From: Candidatus Aenigmatarchaeota archaeon
GTDB taxonomy: Archaea; Aenigmatarchaeota; Aenigmatarchaeia; CG10238-14
Reading direction: 5' to 3'
Assembly (NCBI GenBank): GCA_026414305.1
Contig: JAOAJH010000003.1
Coordinates: 64,994 to 128,993, forward strand
DNA: 64,000 nucleotides
Of the stretch, positions 19,701 to 34,700 are shown in pieces; the first letter of the stretch is position 1; every line of letters begins with the position of its first letter. The notes below the pieces were generated by a model. The model ran no database searches and had not been told where the DNA came from. It saw only the letters and a program-made list of their open reading frames with translations. The position numbers and the translations under genes are program-made.

Positions 19701-22700
19701 CTAAAACTAAATCTGAATATGATTGAGTCTTTAATATCAAATTATAAAAGCTGTTGTTAATGTTTGTTGAAAGGTTCTGCGGTGATGTTATGTTGACAGA
19801 AACATTGAATGCTCTTGAATTTCCTATGTTGTTTGTAGAAACATTTAATACATATTGTTTTCCTTCAAATAATGTTATATTGGATACGTCAACTTTGGAA
19901 ACATTGAATGATTGATTGATTTGTGTTTTGCCAGATGCTAATACTGGTATTGGATTAGTGCATGCTATCAATGATTGAGTATCGTTTGCGCATATGCTTA
20001 TGTTGTGATAGCCGTGTATATTTGTTGAATAAACAGCAGAATAATATTTTCCAGTTGGCTGTATAGGCTGTTGTATTGATGATCCGTTTGGCAATGTGAC
20101 ATTAATGAATGCATAAGAAACTGCAAAATTATCTGTTATAATAGCTGAGATGTTTGTGTTTTCATAAATCATTTCAAATGTTTGAGGTATGATGCTAACA
20201 TTGCTTATAATAGGAGGTATATCTGTCACGTTTAGCCAGAAGCTTGTCTTGTATTCTTGAGGCATTGCTGTTGTGTTTGTTATTATTATCTCAGCATAAT
20301 ACATTCCTTGTGCTGATACATATGATGCTGGAATTGTATAATTGACGCTGACATTTCTCACTGCACCATTGTCCAAACTGAAAGCAGATGGATAAATGTT
20401 AAACAGCTGTGAAGCATTTTGCTGCTTGTATGCATTGAAAATTATTCTTATGTTTGCAAAACTTGTTGTTGTTATATCGCCTATATAACCAGTTGTGTTT
20501 GGTGGTGCTAGTATTATGCCAAAGCTATCTGGTGATCTTTGCCATGAAGCATTCAATGGAACTGTTATATACAAAGGCATCAAATCAGGTGCTGTTTCTG
20601 GTGATGATGCTCTTACATATGTCCAATAAGTTCCTGGAGGTTGAGCTATTGGAACTTGAACCTTTAAATCGACAATAAAGTTTGCACCTGCTTCAAGCAA
20701 ACCCCATTCATTTGGAACTATGATTATCTGACATTCAGGACATAATGTTGAAATGTTGCCACCTACTGTTGTTACAGTAATATCTGTTATCAAATCATTT
20801 CCTATTGAACTCACATTTACATCAGGTATATCTGTCAATTTGTCATGCGGTGTTATTGCTGTAACATTTTCTTCTATTATATCTATGATTTTGTTTGATA
20901 TTATGATGAAATTCGTATCTTCTGAGTCTATGCCTAAACTTTGATCAGGATTTCTCCAAACAGCATCTGTTATAAGCTTTAACACAGAAGGTGGTGTTGC
21001 AGCTGGAACTGTGACAAGCAATCCAAATATACATGAACTTTGATTGTAAACAATACCACATTGATGCATTGTCTCGTTAAATATTAATGAATTCAAAGGA
21101 TCTGCTGTGAATGTTAAATTGACGCCATATGCTGTCGCTGGGCCAGTGTTTGTAAAGTTTATTGTAATTGCTGCTGATTCTGAATTTACCCATGTTATTC
21201 CATTTATTTGTATTTCGTCGGGTTGTGTAACAATTCCGTCTGTTTTGCCGTTTACATAGAAATATCCAACAAATGTGTTATTGATATTGTTTTCAGGTGG
21301 ATTATCGACTGCAAATATTGTGACATTGTATACCCCGCCTATAGGAGGCAAATAAAATAATGAATATAGGTTTGATCCCATGTGAGACAATGTTAAATTG
21401 ACATATGTTCCATTAGGTGTTCCTATCCTAGCAAATACATTACTTACGCCTATATCATCTATTACAACTGCTGATATATTTGTATAATTCAAATTAGCTT
21501 CTAAACCATAAATTGGATGTATGCTTTGATTATATATTTGTGGTGGTCTTGTATCTCTTACTGTTATTGATGCTAAAGCTTCTGGTATGTTTGGTGTATA
21601 TAGCTTGACATAATCGTTTGTTATGTTGCATCTAAATGTTATCGTTCCTTTTTGTATTGGTTCAAATGTGTTTGTAGCATGTCCAGATGCATTTGTGAGT
21701 AGCGTTCCGTTATATATGTACCCTGGTGTATAGTTGTACCAGAAATCAACTAAATAGTTTGCTATGCCAACGCCTGTACTTGAATCAACAACTCTACAAA
21801 CTGTATTAAATGGTAAAGGATATGGCATTATGCTGCCATCTTGTGGATAAATCCATTGTACATCAGCCAAGCTACTTACAGTTATTATCAATGTCTGTTC
21901 GCCTTTGTCATAATAATCTCTTGTTGCGTTTGCGGTTAATGTATGGTTGCCTGTTGTTTGATCAAGCAAAAGCCAATTTGTATTTTCACCTGATGCAACT
22001 AGAGCTGTTTCGTTAAACCATCTTAAATTCGATGAAGTGGGTTGATTTGATTCATCGACGACTGAAGCTGACAAAACAAGATTGTCTGTTTTTGCCCAGA
22101 AGCTATTGTTTTGAGGTGATGATATATTCAAATAAAGTTTACCTCTCACTTCTATTGTGGTTGTGTTTGTTTCTGAATCTTCCAATCCTGATTTAGTTGC
22201 GTTTATGTATATAGTGTAAACATTTGGTGTAACTGTATCGCTTGGATTGAAATTTATGGTACAAATACCACTTGAGTTTGTCATGCAATAGTCAATTAAT
22301 GCTGTTGAATTGTAAAATGTGATATTTGCATTGTTTGCATCTCCAACCAAAGAATCTCTAACTTTCACTGTTATATTCACATTGTTCGGTTCAAAACTAT
22401 TGTTTCTATAAACAAATGGTGCGTCTTTTTGAATTGTCTGAATTATTAATGGTCTTTTTATTAATATCTGAACTTCATCTTGTTTCTTTGATGCATTATA
22501 GAAAAGAATATTATTGTCAGATATTGAACAAGTGATATTATACCAACCAGGTGTTTCTGCTAACGTTTGCCATAACCAGACAGCTTCACCTTCAGAGTTT
22601 GTCAATTGTGAATCCTGGAATGTACCATTTTTGTAAAAGTTGACAGTATAACCTTGCAATGGTGATGTTGTGTTTTGATCAGTTACTTTGCATTTGACAT

Positions 22701-25700
22701 TTACTGAAAATCCTGCAAGATAATTTGAAGCATTTATTGGATTTTCTATTAAAACACCACTCCAACCATAAATGTACACATTTGTGAAATTGCTGTTTTT
22801 ATCATAATATGTTCTGCTTGTGTTTACGTAAATTGTTTCTGGACCAAGTTGATAGAAAGTTGGTATTTGCCATGTTGTGCTATAACCATTTGCAATATTG
22901 TAAAATGTTTCGTTATACCAATTAACAGTTGAGTCATTAACAGCAACTAGACATTCATCAAAAACATTTGTTGTAAGGTTTGCATATTGATTTCTGTTTA
23001 ATATTTGCTGATTGTAAGGTGATTGTATTGATGTATTCAACTGAGCTATGACTGTTAGTTGAGTCGGCACTGTTTGTACATATTCATAGCAGCTATCATC
23101 TGTTTTTCCTATCCATTGCTGCACTCCAGCTAAAGAAGAACAGTCAGGGTTATAATAGACATAACATTGACCTGTTGAATCTGTTGTACAATTCATAACA
23201 TAAGAGTAATTTGTATAATCCAAAGTAATGTTGACTTTTCCACTTGCCAAAGGTGCATATCTTCCATAATCATAATCATAAATTGTAAAGTTTAGTAATG
23301 CTAAATTGTTTCCTATCCTTCTAACAGTTGAGTTAGACAAACCAACAACTAAGCTAACATTATCGTATTCCAGCGTGAAATTCATTACTGTTGTATTTGC
23401 CGAATAGCCGAATTGATCAACTGTTGTGAAATAGAAATAATTGAATCCCATGTCACTGCAATTAAACTTCTTTGAAAATACAACATCCTGATTGACAGCA
23501 TTGCTAACATTTCTTGAATCAACCAATGTCCAGTTAATACCGTCAAAGCTCTTCCAGACAGAAACATTATTTATGTTAAGATCAAAATCTGTTACTCTTA
23601 CTGCAAAGTCATATGTCTCTCCCCATCCGCCTCTGTAATGATTATTCAATATTCTTGGATTGCTTAATGATGGTAAAGTACCTAAGAAGTATGCATCATC
23701 TCTAAAGCTGCTGTTTAATGCATAATAATTCTTTGTAACGCTAAACAACAAATCGTAATAGCCGTATGGTCTGTTTGTTGAAACCCATGTACAATTATAC
23801 CATCCGTTTGCTTCTGTCTTGTTAAAGCAACCGTATTCATTTATTCCTATGTAAGAAGTCCATGTTGATGTAGCACCTGAAACTAAACCACAATCATCAT
23901 ACACTCTACCAACAAATGGAACTGGGTTTGATCTTATAAATCCTTGGCCGTATGGAAAATCTATTTGTGGCCTCAATTCAGATTTAATTGTTATTGTATA
24001 ATTTGTTGAATTCTTGTCTTTATAGCAAGCATCATCATAAACTCCTGCTATCCATTTTTGCGGTCCTGTCAAATAATCGCATTCAGGTTGAGGTGCTTCT
24101 GAAGTGAATAAATAATTCAAATGGCTGGAGATATTTGTCGTAGTCTGTTTGCCAATGTCAAATGAAAGATAATTGGTTGTAACCCAGAACATGCCATTAT
24201 AGCCTGCTCCTGGATATGTGTTTTTATCACTGTCATAAACTCTTACGCTTAGCCTTCTATTATCAGTTCCGTTTCTCCAAACTTCATCTCCATTTCCAGA
24301 TTCTAATGTGAGTATAACATCATCTTTGGTCAAATTAAATGTTTTATTCCATGGCTCAATTAATGTACTGTTTGTTAGATAGGATCTTGTATCTAAAGCT
24401 GAAATTTCAAATTGTTGTTGATAATCTTGATCTGCGCATGTAAATCCTTGATATGTCATGATTACAGTGGAATTCAATGGTGAAGATACTGTTGTGAAAT
24501 TGATTTGATTCCAGTCATCAAAAACAACTGATTTGTAATAAAGACTGACAACAACATCATCTAAATCTTCATCTGTGACATTTGCTGTGAATGTATATCT
24601 CTCTCCCCAACCCCAATCTTGCGCAGGTGTTATTGTTAAATTCTGTACAATTGGTTTTGTTTTTACAAAGAACGGTCTTATATGCAGTGAAATGTTTGAA
24701 TTATAGTATTGCTGACTGGAATTAACAGAAACGTTATACCATCTTGCCCTCATTCCTGTTGTGTTTTTCTCACAATAATAAATTCCGCCGCCTATTGTTG
24801 TTACTGGCTCGCATCCATAGACATTTCCATATTCACTTGTCAAATTCAATATTATATTGGCATTTTCAACAGGAGCTGCACAATCATCAATTTCTTCCAA
24901 AGCAAATGTAACATTTTCTTCTCCTCTTAAATAACTGTCGCCTGTAGGTCCTGTTAATTTATTGATTATGTCTCCTATTATGTAAACTGTGTAGTTTTCA
25001 GTTGTATTAATATTCTTGTAGCATATGTTGTTGTTAGCGCCAACTTTCCAATATTGCAAACCAAGGTTGTTAAATGTACACGATGGATTGAATGAATAAT
25101 TGAGCGTTCCATTGAACGATGTTTTTGGTGTTGAATTTTCTATAAAGTTTGACTGATCAACTGTAACATATACAGACATGTTAACATTTGAAGGATACAA
25201 GTTGCTATCCAAATCATAAACTTGTAAAACAAAGTTTGTTGATTGAGAGCCGCTTCTATTTACATATGATTGATTTCCGCTGATATAATACAATTGAACA
25301 TCGTTTGGTTCTATGACAAGATTTGTGTTGTTTGTTGTGTTAAATGTATTTGTACCATCGTAAACTTCAAACATATATCTGTTATCATTTCCTATATCGC
25401 CACAATCAAATGTTGATACATTGACTTGACATCTTCCATAACCATTGTAAATTGTTGAATTGCCTTTGTTCATCCATGTTAATCCATTATTGGTTGACAC
25501 TAATAAAGTACATGTTACATTATCTTTCTGTAAATCATCTACATCCAAACTAAATGTAAATGTTCTGCCCCAACCTTCTGATGTTGGTGTAACAGATAGG
25601 TTTTCTACATAAGGCGGTGTATTGACAAGATATAGCCATTGAGATAATAGCGTACTGTTAGAATAATAATATGTCTTTGATGAATTTAGTCTTATATCCC

Positions 25701-28700
25701 AATAACCACCTTGATGTAAAGTTGTGTTCCAAGTGCAATTGTATATATTTTGTGAAGATGTTACAGGCAAGCATGATTCATAAATTCCTGAAGGCGATCT
25801 AAATTCTATTTTGCCGTTTGATTGATTTACAGGCAAAGAGCATTCATCAAGTACTGCAAATGTTGTGTTTACATAATTGCCTACTGCAAATGTTGTGTTG
25901 TATGGTGGTGATAATATATAATTCTTTAATTGACCTGTTATCTCTATTGTAAATCCAAAGTCAGGATTATTATCTTTGTAACAAACATCGTCATATATAC
26001 CTGCTCTCCATTTTTGTACGCCAACATTGTATGTACAATTAGGATCAAAATAATAGCTTAAATAGCTTGAAGAGTCTGTTGTATTTATTGCGCTTAAAAT
26101 ATAATTTACACCATCTGTTGTTATCCAAACAGAACCGTTTATATTTGGCCCGACAAGATAATCATCTCTATCAAAATCTCTTATTTGAACTCTTATCAGT
26201 TCATAATCGTTGTATTCCCTATCAACTTGAGTTCCTGCACCTGATACATACTCAATCGTTGTATCGTCTTTGTCTATGTTGAACGGTGATGTATAATTAT
26301 TTGAATAGCCCCATACATCTGTTACTTTGAACATAAATTGTCTCTGGCCGATATTCTCACAGGCAAATGTTTTGTCTGGAAAATCAACTTGTTGTGGTCC
26401 ACTTACTATTGTTGAGTCAGCTAACTGCCAACTACCTGTCAAGTTAAACCATAATGACACATTGTAATAATCACCGTCCAAATCTTGTGTTATTGCTGTA
26501 AATAGCCAATTCTCACCCCAACCACCATCTTGTTCTGGTGTAGCTGTTGGCGGTGGTGTTAGCAATATCTCTGGTTTTGTTGCCAAATAAAATGCATTTG
26601 TTTTTTCCACAAACGTGCCATTGTAATACTGCTTGGAAACATCAACTGTTACATCATGCCATCCAGTATTCCATGTAGTTGTAGTTGAATAAGGTATTGT
26701 ACAATTGTAATAGCCATTGCCTTCATAGTAAACATTATTGCATTCATAACTTTCTGATGGAACATAAAACACAACAGTTGCGTTTGGCACACCACCACAG
26801 TCATCTGTAACTCTTACTCGCAATACAATATCATCAATGCCTCTTAATCTTGAAATACCGTCTGGGTTTGTAATATTAGCTGTCAATCCCACTGTAACAA
26901 TTGTCCAGTTGAAGATGCTTGAGTTTGTATCTTTGTAAGGAGTATTGCCATACAATTCGGCAAACCAATATTGCGGACCTACTTGGAAGGAACATTCTAA
27001 TGCTTGCAAATGAGCAATTTCACCTGAACTATTTGCAAATTTGTCTATTGTGTTTGTAAATGAAGAGCCATCTTTTGTAAACCAAAATCTACCTCTGCTA
27101 CCAGAAGGCAAATCATCCCATGGTGTTCTGTCAGTATCCCACATTCTTACTCTGAAGAAGAGACTACCTTCTGTTCTGTTCACAACTGTTGAATTTCCAT
27201 AAGTATGATTTATGTAAACATCATCTTTCTGCAGACTTATATTCAATTCTTGTGTTTGATCTATATCATTTTCTGTTGGTATAACTTCATCTTGTGTTCT
27301 GAAATAATATTTTGTTAAGTTGTTTAATGAATTGATATAATCGCTTGAGCTGAATAGATTTACTTGAATAAATGTTACTGTTTGATTTATGCCTGATATA
27401 GTTGTTGTGTTTGAGTTAGTCCAGCCACTTGATTTGTTGACCCACAACCTTAATGTATTTGGATCCAAATCTTCATCTGTAAAGTTGACAGTGAAAATAT
27501 ATGTTTCGCCCCAACCACCATCACCAGAAGCTGTAACTGTTGGGTTATTTAATTCTGGTTTTGTCTCTATCCAAAATGCATTTGACTTTGTTGTATAATT
27601 GAAATTGTATAATGTTTTAACGCTAAATGCTGTAACATTCCACCATCTTGCCGCATATGTTGAAGTATTAAATGTGCAGTTATAAAGTCCTGTATTTTCA
27701 TTCAATATAGGAGTGCATAAATATTGAGTTGAATCTTTAACATTTGTGAAGTTTATTGTGACAGATTCATTCATTACTTCATTTGAACAATCACTTGAAA
27801 CATTCACTTTGATAGTAATGTTACTTCCTCTCAAAAATTCTTGACTGCTTGGTTGAATTATGTTGTTAAATAGTGTGCCATTTACATGAACTAAATATTC
27901 GGTTGAATTTATGTCTACATAGCATTTGTCATTGCTAACACCACCTATCCATTTTTGTGTTCCTGGTATATACATACAAGTTGGCAAAAAGCTGTGCAAA
28001 ACATAACCAAGCAAATCTGTTTTTGTTTGATTTACAAGTGTATAATTGTAATAATCATAAGTTATCCAAAAACTTGTGTTAGCATTGTAAACAAAGGTTT
28101 GATTTTCTGTATCATAAACCCTAACAACTAATGGTTTTGTTTGGAAACTTCTATTGACAAATGTATTGTTACCTTGATGAAGCTGCACTTGAACAGATGA
28201 TTCTGTAATATTTGGACCTGCATATACTGTTGTGTTATATGCATTAGCGGGCTCACCATTGACAATTTGCCATTTATAGTAAATATCTTTTCCTATGTCA
28301 TCACAGCTAAAGTCATGTACAGTTACAAAACATTTACCCAAGCCATTTTGAAGCAAATAACTTCCTTTGTACTCCCATGTTAATTGATTGTCTTTACTTA
28401 CAAACAAACTGCAGTTTATATCTTCTCTTTCTGGATCATCTATATCTATGGTATAATTATATAATCTGCTCCATCCACCTATTCCTGGCGCTAAAGTTAC
28501 ATTATCATATGTTGAATTTAGATTTTCAAGCCAGAACCAATTTGTATACATGGACGAATTAAATGCAAAATATGGTGTCTTTGTGCTATTAAGCGTTATT
28601 GACCAATATCCCTCTTTTTTGTGAGTGGAATTCCATGTACAATTGTACCATCCATTGTATTCATTGTAAACAGGTGTGCATGTTTCCCAAACATTCAATG

Positions 28701-31700
28701 GTGATCTCAAAGAAATAGTTGGTGTAGCATTTGCTATTATTCCTTCGGTCAAGCATTCAGTTGTTGTATTGAATCTTATTGCTATTAAATCTGTTACATT
28801 ATAGACGCTATTGTAGCTTGGTAGTTGTATATTGTTCCTCAATTGAGCTGTAACTTCAAATTGAGGTGCGAATGACAAATTCTTGTTTTTATAGCAACTA
28901 TCTTGATAAACTCCTGCTATCCATCTCTGCATGCCGTATCCATAATTGCAATCTGGGTCAAAATCATAATTTGCATAACCACTTGAATTTATTTGTACAA
29001 ATCTTCCACTGTCATAATTGTTTCCATCAACAGTTATCCACATTGCTGTGTTTGTAGATGTGTTTATAACATAACTGTTGCTATCAGTATCTAAAACTCT
29101 ATAGATGAATCTACCTGTAGTTGAGTTAGCTCTGTATATTGATGATGGTTGATCAACAAACTCTATTGCAACATCGCTTTTATCAATTGTGAATGTCGAT
29201 GACGTTTCGTTTTTGTAATTCCATTGATCTGTTACATTCCATTTGTATGATTTTATTCCGATATCACCACATGAAAACTTGTTGTACAAAAATGTTATTG
29301 CCTTCCAACTTGCACAATTTGGATTGTCTATTGCTGAACATATTGTGCTGTTTATTAATTGATAACCGCTGCCAAAATCAATCCACAGGCTTATGTTCAA
29401 TTTTTCAAAATTGTAAACATTTTGATCGACATCTCTTACAATTGCAGTGAAATTCCATGTTTCAGACCATCCATATGGTGATAATGAATCTGATGTTGTT
29501 GGAGCATATGCTGTTATTTCTGGGTTTGTTACAAGCACAAATGAATCTTGTTTGTAAGCAGTGTTCGATGCGTTGTAATATTGCTTGGATGCATTGAATT
29601 CAAGATCATAATATGTCAAGCCTGCTGTTGGCGGCGAATATAACGTGCAATTATATGTTCCATTCAAATTGTCAGTTGGTGAATTGCATGTTGTCCATGA
29701 ATATTCAGGATATGCTTTGAAAAATGCCGTGGCTTGTGTCAAACCGCCGCAATCATCGCTTGCATAAGCTATCAATGGTATTGGATCTATTACTCTTCTG
29801 AAAGTCTGATTGTTTGGACCGATTATTTGCAAAGCTATTTCATGTGTTGTTATATTTATTGAAAATTCAGAACTGTTTGTAGTTTTGTAAGCATATGATC
29901 CAAATTCAACTTTCCATTTTTGTGGTCCAATTCCATATGTACATCTAGAAAGTGTTGGAAATGTATTTGTTAAATAGCTGCCACCTTCTATTGATGATAA
30001 TGTTTTATCTATCACATAACTATTAGCATTATTAGGATCTGTTGTAACATAGAAATAACCTGTTCCTGGTTCACCTGGCGAAATTGCTACATTTCTATCT
30101 ACATCAAAAACTTTAACTCTCAAAGTAACTGTTTGTGTTGTGCTTCTGTTTATTACAACATTGTCGCCTTCAATTAAAGTGATGTTTATTGTATCTTTAT
30201 CTATTGTGAATGTACCAATAGTTGTGTTAGCTGAGTTCAAGCCATCTGTTGAATTGAAGAAATATTCCCAGTTGCCTATATCTAAAGCTGTAAAGTCTGT
30301 TTTAACAAATTGCACTTGCTGCGGCGACGATGATGCTGAAACTAGAGATGTCTTTGCAAGCCAAAAGTTTGTTGGAGTGCAATCGCCGCCAACACATCTT
30401 ATCCATAAGCTCACATTATTGACGTCATTATCATCATCTCTTACATAAACACTAAATGTATGTGGAGCGCCCCAACCACCTGTTAATGGAGATGTTGTTG
30501 GATTTGCTAAAACAGGTCTTGTAGATACAAAGAATGCCTGTGTCTTTATTGTATTATTCGGAGTCAAATACTGAAATCCGGAAGAGTTCATTCTTATGTT
30601 ATACCATTGAGTTGGTTTTGATGTAGTATCAAAACTACAATTGTAATAGCCATTTCCTTCATTTGTAAATGAACCTGGCGTACATGAATATTGATTTGAT
30701 GTGCCTATGTGAATTATTGTAAAGTTGACTGTTGCATTATTTATTAATCCCTCATTTGACGGGCAATCTGTTGTTACATTTGCTCTTATTGTAACATTTT
30801 GTTCGTCTCTATTGTACTTTTCTCCATTCGGTATTGCAATATTATTTATCAAATTTCCAAATATTGTCAAATTGTACACAGATGATGAAGCATCATTGTA
30901 ACATTGATCACCACCTGTAGCACCTGATTTGTAAGCAAACCATTTTTGGTCTCCAACATTGTAAGAACAGCTTGGATTGAATCTATATGTTACATTTCCT
31001 CTCAATGTTGTGTTTGATCCATCAATGACGTAAGAGACACCATTAATTGTAACATTGAAATAGACTGTTGCATTTCCGGATGTGCCATTTCCAACAGGCC
31101 ATGCTTTTGTTGTGTCATTTACAAAAACTCTTAATGTTGTAAATTCATTTCCAGTTCTATTTACAATTGTGTTGTTGCCTGAGAGCAATGTTATAGTTAT
31201 GTTATTTCTTTCTATTATAGGACCTTCTTCGCTTGAAATGTTGAATGGTGTGTGATAACCGTCTGTTATTTCAAATTTAAACCAGTTATCGCTACCAACA
31301 TCTGTATATGTTGCATTGCAATTGAAATTTGAGACAACAAAGCTACATAATCCAGAGCTCCCTATTGTTCTTTGTCCTTGTCTTCTCCATGTATTACCAT
31401 CATCTGTTGATGTATACAAAACACATGTTATTGGATCGCCGTCAGAATCTGTTAAATAGACAGAGTAATTGTAAACATCGCCCCATCCTCCCATTGTTGG
31501 TGTTACTGTAGGTATGGTTGTGTTTGTTGGATTTGCGTTGTATATTTCAAACCAATCTGGAAATACCGTTTGTTTTGTGTTAAAGTATTGCTTTGAGCTT
31601 GTGAATTTTATATCCCAAAATCCTGGTTGTTTGAATGAGCTATTCCACGAACAATTGTAAACACCATAAGTTGAATTTACAGGCGAACATGTTTCCCAAG

Positions 31701-34700
31701 ATGCTCCATTTAAGCTTAACTCTATTGTCGGTGTTACATTTATCAAAGGTGCTTCATCTGATCTTGTATATGTACAATCACTTGTCGTGTTGTATTTTAT
31801 TTCTATAACTGATCCTGTTGGGTAAGATGATAAATAGTCTGGTAACTCGAGATTATTGTAGATGCTGCCTTTGATTATGAATGAATCTTGTTCTGTTGTT
31901 GTTTTATAACAAACATCATTGTAAACTTGTGCTCTCCATTGTTGTATGCCAACTGAATAAGTGCAGTCTGGGTCTAAATAATAATTAATATAACCGCTGC
32001 TGTTTGTTTGCAAATTAAAATCATTCCAACTGTTTGGATCGCTTGAATTGTATGTTACTCTTATCCTGGTAGATACATCTTGTCCTACAGGGGTAGAATA
32101 TCTATCTAAATCTGTCACAAGTGCGCTTAAAAGAATTTGATCCAAACCTTCTCTGTTTAATTCATAGCCAGTTGTGGATGAGATGAAAATTTCTGTATCA
32201 TCCTCCTGTAACGTGAAAGTGCTGTTTATCTCATCTTTGAAACCGAAATCGTCTGAAACGTTGAATTTGAAAAGCTTTAATCCTAAATCAGATGCTTGAG
32301 TGCAATTGAACGTGTTGTAAAATGTTATTGTTGATGGATCTATACCATTCCTCCAATATGTTTGATTAAATAAAACCCAATTGCCATCTAAATTCATCCA
32401 TAAGTAAACTGTAGAATTATCATTGTCTGGATCTATTAAATCGACTGAAAAACTCCATAATTCTCCCCACCCGCCAACATTTGAACCTTGTTGAGACAGC
32501 ACAACTATGTTTGATAATTCAGGTGCTGTACCTATTCTAAATGATCTATGTTCTATATAAACAGGTGACGATTCGTAATATTGTTTGCTAGCATTTACAG
32601 AAACGTTGTACCATCCTGTTGGCCAATCTTCTGAAAATATCTGTGACGCAGATAATGTACAATTGTAAATACCATTACCTTCATCTAACGTTGGATTAAA
32701 TGGATCGTTCGGATTACATATACCTCTCACAACACCACTAGCATCAATTGCCCTTATTGTAACATTAGCGTTTCTAACCAAACCACAATCGTCTGTCAAG
32801 TTTACTTTGATCACAACATTATCAATACCTTTTAATGCTGTTTGGTTTTTAGGTGATATTACTCTCGCTTGTAGTGGTTGAGCAATTATTGTAAAGAATG
32901 AAACGCTTGAATTGCTTGATTTGTATGGTGTTTCATCATAAATCTCTGCTTTCCATTTCTGAGGACCGACAGTGAATTTACAATCTGGTTTTGAGTAATT
33001 TGTCGCATAACCCCATCCTGCTGATGATGGTTGCTCGCCTGTACCATTTGTTCTTAAGGCAGGTGGGGAAACAATTGTATAGTTTTCATTGTTATCATTT
33101 GTCATCAAAAATCTTATTCTTCTGTTACCTAGAGTCGTATCATACTTGTCTGCATCCCACAATCTTACTGTCATTGTAAAGTTGGAGACAGACAAAGGTG
33201 ATGATCTATTGACGACTGTATTGTTGCCTTCTATATATTGAACAAATGTGTCGTCTTTATCAAGATAGAAAGTTCCATTGCCTGTTTCATTTACATTTTG
33301 TATGAAATCAACTGTGTTTTCAGTAACATTGTATTTGAATTTGAATGCCTTGTTTGCAAATGTTGATGTAAATGTCACGTTGAAATAAACTGTTTGATTT
33401 ACACCTGAAACTGTGTTGTTTGATGCTCTGAATGTCCATATTTCTGGATCTACTGTTGAATTTACCCATAATCTTAATGTCAAAACATCCATATCTTCAT
33501 CTGTCACATTAGTTGCAAATAGCCAATATTCACCCCAACCACCATCTCCTGCTGGCACTGGTGTTAATGGCAAATAAGGTTCTATAACAGGTTTTGTTTC
33601 AACCCAATATCCTCTTTGATTAGCTTGATAAACATGAATTGTGTAATTGTTATTGTAATTTGCAAGAGATGCATTCATTGTTACATTCCAAGCGCCAGCT
33701 TGATAGCTTGACGTGTCTATTGTACAATTGTAATTGCTGTTCAATTCATTAATTATTGGGTTGCAATAAATGTTTTGTGAGAAGCGATTTGATGTAAAGT
33801 TAACGGCTGCATTTGTTATAGGCAATTGACAATCATCTGATATATTTGCTCTTATGTAAACATATTCGCCGTCTGGATAGCTTGTTCGCAAATATTTTTC
33901 ACCTTTTGGTGCATTGATAAAGAGCTGTAAATCGCCAAGTATATTCACAGTAAAGTTGGTTGTTGTGTTTATGCTGTTGTAGCATGCATCGTTTGTTATT
34001 CCTGCTAGCCAGAATTGTCTGCCTAGAGTGTATGATGGTGATGAGCAGTTTGGATTGAAATAGAAATTCAAATAACCTGTGGAGTTTGTTTGTATATTGA
34101 AAGATGACCCATAAAATGAACCGTCAGTTGTTATCCATATTGTTGCGTTTGCGTTTGATGCTTTGACATTCTTTGTTATGTCAGTTGCATTTATTACAAA
34201 CAATGTTGTTTGATCTGCTGTTCTGTTTACAAACGAATTGTTGCCCAGTATGTAAACAAGCTGAACATTGTCTTTCACTATTGTCGGACCATTTGAAACA
34301 CTTGTGTTAAATCTTGTGAATGTATCATTTATTTCAAATCTAAATGATGCCAATCCTTGTTCATTGCAGTTAAAGTCATTAACAACAATCGAACAATTTC
34401 CAGGTGCTGTTATTGTGTTTGACCCTTTGTATATCCATGTTCCAGTTGTATTAGTATATAGCGAGCATGTAACTGTATCATTTTCTTCATCGAATATTTC
34501 TGCCGTATATGTGTATGTATCACCCCACCCTGAAACTTGTGGTGTTACTGACATGTTTGTCACATTTGGCTGTCTGTTTCTCAAATAAAACCAATCTACG
34601 TATAATGTTGAATTGTAATTGTAGTATGATTTTTGAACAGTTATGTTGACTGTATAATTGCCTTGCGCCTTGTTTGTTGTATCCCATGTGCAATTATAAT

